Source: Omnitrophica bacterium GWA2_41_15
GTDB lineage: Bacteria; Omnitrophota; Gorgyraeia; Gygaellales; Profunditerraquicolaceae
Direction: 5' to 3'
Assembly: GCA_919902045.1 (NCBI GenBank)
Contig: CAKKSP010000021.1
Span: 1 to 61,754, forward strand
DNA: 61,754 nt
Both the position numbers and the translations under genes were made by a program. The notes under the pieces were generated by a model, which ran no database searches, was not told the DNA's origin, and was given only the letters and a program-made list of their open reading frames with translations. The stretch's first letter is position 1. Each line of letters opens with the position of its first letter. This document shows positions 57,305 to 61,754 of the stretch, piece by piece.

Positions 57305-58389
57305 TCTAGATAGATTTTGCTGGTTTCTTTTACCATTTTTTCTAACGAAAATTTTTCAAGCATATATTTTACTGCCTGAGCACCTAAACCAACACGTAAA
57401 GCTGGATCGCCGGCTAACCTTTTTATCGCCTTGGCTAACTCTTTGCTATCTGCCGGGGGCACTAGCAAGCCATTTACTCCGTCATTAATCAAGCAAATTA
57501 TTCCGCCTACGGCAGTTCCGATTACCGCGCAACCAGCTGCCTCTGCCTCCATAAGGCTTAGCCCCAACCCTTCTTTTAAAGAAGGCAGAACAAAAATATC
57601 AGTTATCATGAGGATTTCCTTTGTAGAAGCCACTGTGGGTAAGAATATCACCTGCTTGCTAAGCTGAAGTTTTTTAACCAGCCGCAGAATATTCTCTTCT
57701 TCCCTACCTTCTCCGACTATTAAAAGCCTGGCGTCTTTAAAATCTAAAATTATCTCCGCAAATGCTTCGATAAGATAACTATGGCCTTTTTCCGGAGAAA
57801 GCCGCGCAATAATGCTGATTATCGGCCCATTTGTAAGATTAAATTTTTTGCGTAAATTATCTTTTTCTTGAACCGTTAAATTATTTATAAAATTTTGCAC
57901 ATCTACACCGCTTGAAACCACAGCTAGGCTATCCTTCCGCGCGCCTAAATCATTAATAAAGTGTTCCGCTACCGCAAGGCTTACGGTGATAATGCGCTTT
58001 GGCCAAAGCGGAAATAACCTCCTGCCAAAACGTGGTTTGAAAAAACCATGGCCAGTCATTACATGAGCGGCTCCGGTTTTTTTGCTTAAAAAATAACCTA
58101 AAACTTGTGTAGTTCTACTCTGGGAATGAATGATATCAATCTTATTCTCCCGAATAAAATTAGCCAAGCTGCCGAAACAACTCCAAAGACGCGGGCTTAA
58201 CTCTGATTTTGTATCAAGCCTTGCCCTAATAAAATTTAGGCCATAACTTTTCAGCTCTTCCTCTTTTTCCCCTCCTGAAGAAGCAACGTAAACATCAAAA
58301 CCTTCTTTTACTAGCCCTTTTGTAAGTATAAGAATATAGCTAGTAATACCTCCGACATTAAGATGATTGACTAAAAAAAGTATTTTCAT
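57295..58389 (-). CDS. GT4 family glycosyltransferase
   Basis: MKILFLVNHLNVGG, and a C-terminal EGLGLSLMEAEAAGCAVIGT (E-x7-E region). Confidence 0.85.
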   Translation of the reverse strand: MKILFLVNHLNVGGITSYILILTKGLVKEGFDVYVASSGGEKEEELKSYGLNFIRARLDTKSELSPRLWSCFGSLANFIRENKIDIIHSQSRTTQVLGYFLSKKTGAAHVMTGHGFFKPRFGRRLFPLWPKRIITVSLAVAEHFINDLGARKDSLAVVSSGVDVQNFINNLTVQEKDNLRKKFNLTNGPIISIIARLSPEKGHSYLIEAFAEIILDFKDARLLIVGEGREEENILRLVKKLQLSKQVIFLPTVASTKEILMITDIFVLPSLKEGLGLSLMEAEAAGCAVIGTAVGGIICLINDGVNGLLVPPADSKELAKAIKRLAGDPALRVGLGAQAVKYMLEKFSLEKMVKETSKIYLECV

Positions 58390-60473
58390 GGTAAAAATTT
58401 TAATACCGCATCTACTACTTCTTCCGGTTTAATAAGATTCATACAACGGACATCTTTACATTTCGGATGATAACATGGCCTGCATTCAATATCTTTTTCA
58501 ATTACCACGGCGTCTTTTACAGGGGGCAAATGCCTTCGCGAATCTGTCGGCCCAAAAAGAGCTACTATCGGCACCTTCATTGCCGCTGCGATATGTAAAG
58601 GCGCTGAATCAGCTGAAACAAAAACCGCACACTGCTTAATTAACCAGGCTAATTCATTAATTGTAGTTTTACCACAAGCATTTATCAGTTTAGTATTTTT
58701 TAAATCTAAAATAAGCTGTTGGGCCAGGAGATTATCTTCTTCTGTCCCGGTAAGTAATACACGGATATCGCGATGCGCAAGCAGTTCAATAAATTTTTTT
58801 AACTGCGCAACAGGCCAATTCTTTGCAGGCCAGCGCAAACTTGCACTTAGGCTTAAACCCACAAGCATCTTTAATTCTGGTACCCATTGCTGGGCTAAAA
58901 AATCTTCTGCGGATTTTTTCTGCTCAAGCGTTGGCCAAAGCTCAAGAGCAGAGTCTGTAAGCATAATACCTGCTAAGCCAAGAACCTTAAACTGATGCTC
59001 AACCGGAGGAATATTTTTTTCTATTTCTTTTATTTTACGGTTTAAAAGAAAACCTAACTTCCGGGCATAGCCAAAACGCTCCGCAGCAAAAGACAGCGCT
59101 GCCAAAATATGGCTTTTACGATTGTTCTGCAGGTCAAAAACCATATCAAAACTTTTATTTCTTAAAAGCCGGCCTAAATTCCATAATCCTATTATGCCTT
59201 GATCGCGGAATTTAAAATCACAAACCAACAGCTCATCTAAATACGGACAATTAAGAAACACTTCCTTTGTTTCATTAGAAACTAACACGCAAAGATAGGC
59301 TTTTTGCCCGAATTTATGGCGTAAAGCTCTTAAAGATGCAGTTGCAAGCACTACATCTCCTAAGGCGCTAAGCTTAATCAATAAAATTCTCTTGCTCTCA
59401 AGGGCTTGCTGATAAACCTCAAGAGTGCTTTCTACCATCTGCGTAATATTATAATTATTTTTTGTTTTCAAGAGGGCTGCCTGTGAAATTTTTTCTGCTA
59501 AATCTTTATCTTTATATAAACGCACTACTGCCTGAGCCATACGCACAGGATCTGCCGGAGGCACAAGTAGTCCGTTTTTATTATCCTCTATAATATCCAC
59601 TACCCCTCCGACACGCGTTGCTACTACGGGAACTCCTGCAGCCTGCGCCTCAATAATCACTCTACCAAAAGCTTCCTGAGTAGTGGTTGCCATTACCAAA
59701 ACATCCAGATGCTCTAATATCCCGGGAATATCTCTCTGGGTCCCCAAGAATTCGGTATGCGGCCATAACCCCAGCCGCTTTACTAAAAGTTCAAGCTGTT
59801 CCTTATAAGCTTCTTTTGAAACAGGGACTTCCCCTACTACCCAAATTTTTAAATTCGGGATCTCTTTCGCCACCTTTGCCATTGCCTTCATAAAATACAT
59901 ATGGCCTTTTAAAGGCGTAATGCGCCCGATAATTCCAACGTTAAATCCTTTATGCTTTTTTTCACGTGGATTAATATACCGGAAACACTCTATGTCAACA
60001 CTGCGCGGAATAAGTTTTATGCGATCTCTGGGCACTCCCAAATCTTCAACCATGTGCCTGCCGATCACATTACTTATTACAATTACTCGCCTACCCCAAC
60101 CCATCACAAAACTAAACGGATGCTTCCGATAATAACCATGGCAGGTAGTAATAAAAACGGTTTTTGTTAAACAAGAAGCGATAAAAGCTGTCCAGGCCGG
60201 GACTCTAGAACGCGCATGAACAATAGAAATATTCTCTTTAAGGATTATTTCTTTTATTTTTGGAATCACGCTAACCATCGACCATAAAGTTTTTTTATCT
60301 ACCGGAAGCTGATAATGTATGGCACCAGATTCAGTAAGAGGCGTAACCAGCCTGCCGCCAGCAGAAATTACTACTACCTTATGGCCAAGCCTAACTAACT
60401 CCCGCGATAAATCAAGAGTTCCCGTCTCAACTCCACCAACATTAAGTTCCGGGATTATTTGCAATATATTCAT
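58386..60473 (-). CDS. GT4 glycosyltransferase fused to GT9 heptosyltransferase-family domain
   Basis: The N-terminal half has GT4 motifs (MNILQIIPELNVGGVE; EAFGRVIIEAQAAGVPVVAT). The C-terminal half has GT9 motifs (ILLIKLSALGDVVL; DSAPLHIAAA; FGPTD; CRPC..C..C). Confidence 0.8.
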   Translation of the reverse strand: MNILQIIPELNVGGVETGTLDLSRELVRLGHKVVVISAGGRLVTPLTESGAIHYQLPVDKKTLWSMVSVIPKIKEIILKENISIVHARSRVPAWTAFIASCLTKTVFITTCHGYYRKHPFSFVMGWGRRVIVISNVIGRHMVEDLGVPRDRIKLIPRSVDIECFRYINPREKKHKGFNVGIIGRITPLKGHMYFMKAMAKVAKEIPNLKIWVVGEVPVSKEAYKEQLELLVKRLGLWPHTEFLGTQRDIPGILEHLDVLVMATTTQEAFGRVIIEAQAAGVPVVATRVGGVVDIIEDNKNGLLVPPADPVRMAQAVVRLYKDKDLAEKISQAALLKTKNNYNITQMVESTLEVYQQALESKRILLIKLSALGDVVLATASLRALRHKFGQKAYLCVLVSNETKEVFLNCPYLDELLVCDFKFRDQGIIGLWNLGRLLRNKSFDMVFDLQNNRKSHILAALSFAAERFGYARKLGFLLNRKIKEIEKNIPPVEHQFKVLGLAGIMLTDSALELWPTLEQKKSAEDFLAQQWVPELKMLVGLSLSASLRWPAKNWPVAQLKKFIELLAHRDIRVLLTGTEEDNLLAQQLILDLKNTKLINACGKTTINELAWLIKQCAVFVSADSAPLHIAAAMKVPIVALFGPTDSRRHLPPVKDAVVIEKDIECRPCYHPKCKDVRCMNLIKPEEVVDAVLKFLP

Positions 60474-61754
60474 AGAATACGCTCAAGAGCCTCTTGGATT
60501 TTACTACGGTCATCTAGCCGCTTAGGGGCGTCTTTAGTTTTTAATAAAAGCTCTAAAGTTTGGCTTACGAGCTCCGGCTTGACTAACTTAATAAATCCAT
60601 TTTTAGATAAATTACTAAGAAAATCCCGATGTTTAGGGCTTAACCCTTCAGAATCAAATACTATTGTATGAGCCATACTTTTTGCTGCTTCAGAAACCAT
60701 AGAAATACTCTCGGGAGATACCACTACTACTTTGCTTAAACCAAGGATCCCGGATACGGAATACGAAGGATTTTTCCGGGATGCAAGCACTAAAAAACTA
60801 CACGTTTTTTCACCTGCCAACTCTTTTTCTAAAAGTTCTTCTACCTCAATAGACGTCCTACGTGAACTGGTAGCTAAAATCTTTATATTGTTTTTCAAAG
60901 CGTTAGCCTTAACCCCTTTTAAAATTTCACTGACACATTTTACGGAAAGAGAAAATTTCTTTGTATCCCCTCCTAATAATATTCCGACATAATTATTTAG
61001 TTGAGGGTTAATACCTGGAGTATTATCGGATAATTCCTTACTACCTTGCTCAAGGTAATTTTTATCAACAATATTTAGCGCTCCCTCAGTAACCAGAACA
61101 TTTTTCATCTCTTGAGGCTTGTCATGACGCGGGATAAAAATTAAATCAAATAAATTGCGCATATATAAAGGTGGTTTCATAGCAACTAATGATTTTGCAT
61201 GGTGGTAACGAGAAAAAATAAGATTAGCTCCTGCCACTGAGGACCCGGTAGAAATCACTACATCCGGCTTAAAAGAAATAAGGCGCTGGAAAATATTTTT
61301 GTAATTTATTTGAATTTCGTGTAAGTTTACCGTAAAATTATTTTTTTTGTAATACTCCTCAACTTGTCTTGCAATTGCCTGCGATTGACGCAGGTGCCCG
61401 GTTTTTCCGTCGCTTATGATCAATACATTTTTTTGCGAAGAATATTTCCATACCCTATAACTCCATAAATATTGCGCGGGATTCAGCGTAATCTCATCCT
61501 CAAAAACTCGCACTAAACTTTGCAGGTTTTCTCGGATATCTGATTCATTATCGGAAGTTTTAACCAGCACAAATGGCGGGTGTATTGAAATTTTTATGTG
61601 CGGACCTTTCTCACGACTAAAAAATACAGGGATAAGCGCAGCATCATATTTAAGCGCAAGACGTACTGCACCCGATGCCATTGATGCGCTACGGCCAAAA
61701 AAATCAACTATTACCCCCTCTTTCCCTCCCTGATCCAGACTCAAACCTATAGCT
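60470..61754 (-). CDS. lipid A late acyltransferase (LpxL/LPLAT)-like C-terminal segment fused to ELM1/DUF1022-like domain; 5' end outside window
   Basis: The frame is open to the window edge. The track start is an in-frame TTG, and AIG codons precede it. The LPLAT-like segment is VDFFGRSASMASGAVRLALKYDAALIPVF. It is followed by SDGKTGHLRQSQAIA, typical of ELM1/DUF1022. Confidence 0.55.
   Translation of the reverse strand, partial: AIGLSLDQGGKEGVIVDFFGRSASMASGAVRLALKYDAALIPVFFSREKGPHIKISIHPPFVLVKTSDNESDIRENLQSLVRVFEDEITLNPAQYLWSYRVWKYSSQKNVLIISDGKTGHLRQSQAIARQVEEYYKKNNFTVNLHEIQINYKNIFQRLISFKPDVVISTGSSVAGANLIFSRYHHAKSLVAMKPPLYMRNLFDLIFIPRHDKPQEMKNVLVTEGALNIVDKNYLEQGSKELSDNTPGINPQLNNYVGILLGGDTKKFSLSVKCVSEILKGVKANALKNNIKILATSSRRTSIEVEELLEKELAGEKTCSFLVLASRKNPSYSVSGILGLSKVVVVSPESISMVSEAAKSMAHTIVFDSEGLSPKHRDFLSNLSKNGFIKLVKPELVSQTLELLLKTKDAPKRLDDRSKIQEALERIL

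Overview
This is a 61.7-kb, AT-rich bacterial chromosomal segment. All 56 credible protein genes lie on the minus strand, often with 4-bp stop/start overlaps. The plus-strand ORFs in the track are antisense shadows.

Gene content in ascending coordinates (the reverse of transcription order):
- A C1 / Wood-Ljungdahl-type block: CODH-associated flavoprotein, CooF-like ferredoxin, cooS, a secreted clan-A glycosidase, then metF, folD, a cyclohydrolase-family gene and fhs.
- A translation and tRNA-modification block: yraN, rnhB, rplS, trmD, tgt, two tandem STT3/PglB-like membrane proteins, queA, a SpoIID-domain gene and queH.
- A 540-bp gene-free, GC-enriched gap.
- ruvB, scpA, trpS, infB, nusA, rimP, proS.
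- Isoprenoid and envelope genes: ispG, rseP, dxr, cdsA, uppS.
- GH57 plus DUF4912, an OmpA-like lipoprotein, purA, an HMGL-family synthase and a metallophosphatase fusion.
- serA, a PilZ-PilT fusion, a class-V aminotransferase, clpP, tig.
- A long LPS block: lptB, an lptA-like gene, kdsC, kdsD, kdsA, kdsB, a heptose kinase, a deoxyhypusine-synthase-like gene, four GT9 heptosyltransferase modules, a CE4 deacetylase, GT4 enzymes and an LpxL-like/ELM1 fusion that runs off the window.

I saw no rRNA, tRNA, CRISPR array, transposase, integrase or phage genes.

Main points worth a second look:
1. The 19.4-19.9 kb gap holds two adjacent elements, each closed by a long interrupted helix. They could be novel structured ncRNAs or MITEs.
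2. An ~80-bp nested double-palindrome repeat occurs in 3 full copies plus 1 solo arm. Its arms supply stop-proximal codons for two genes.
3. Heptanucleotide word repeats occur in intergenic DNA and as in-frame insertions inside trmD, tgt, ispG and a phosphatase gene.
4. A GTGAC-AA-GTCAC palindrome lies upstream of both cooS and metF.
5. A catalytic plus degenerate STT3 oligosaccharyltransferase pair sits inside a queuosine gene neighbourhood.
6. Several housekeeping proteins have unusual architecture: ProRS with a Cys4 mini-insertion in place of the editing domain, trigger factor without a PPIase domain, and several GT9 fusions.

All functional calls rest on motif recognition by eye. No database search was run. 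The lineage cannot be determined from this window; an uncultivated anaerobic diderm is only an inference.
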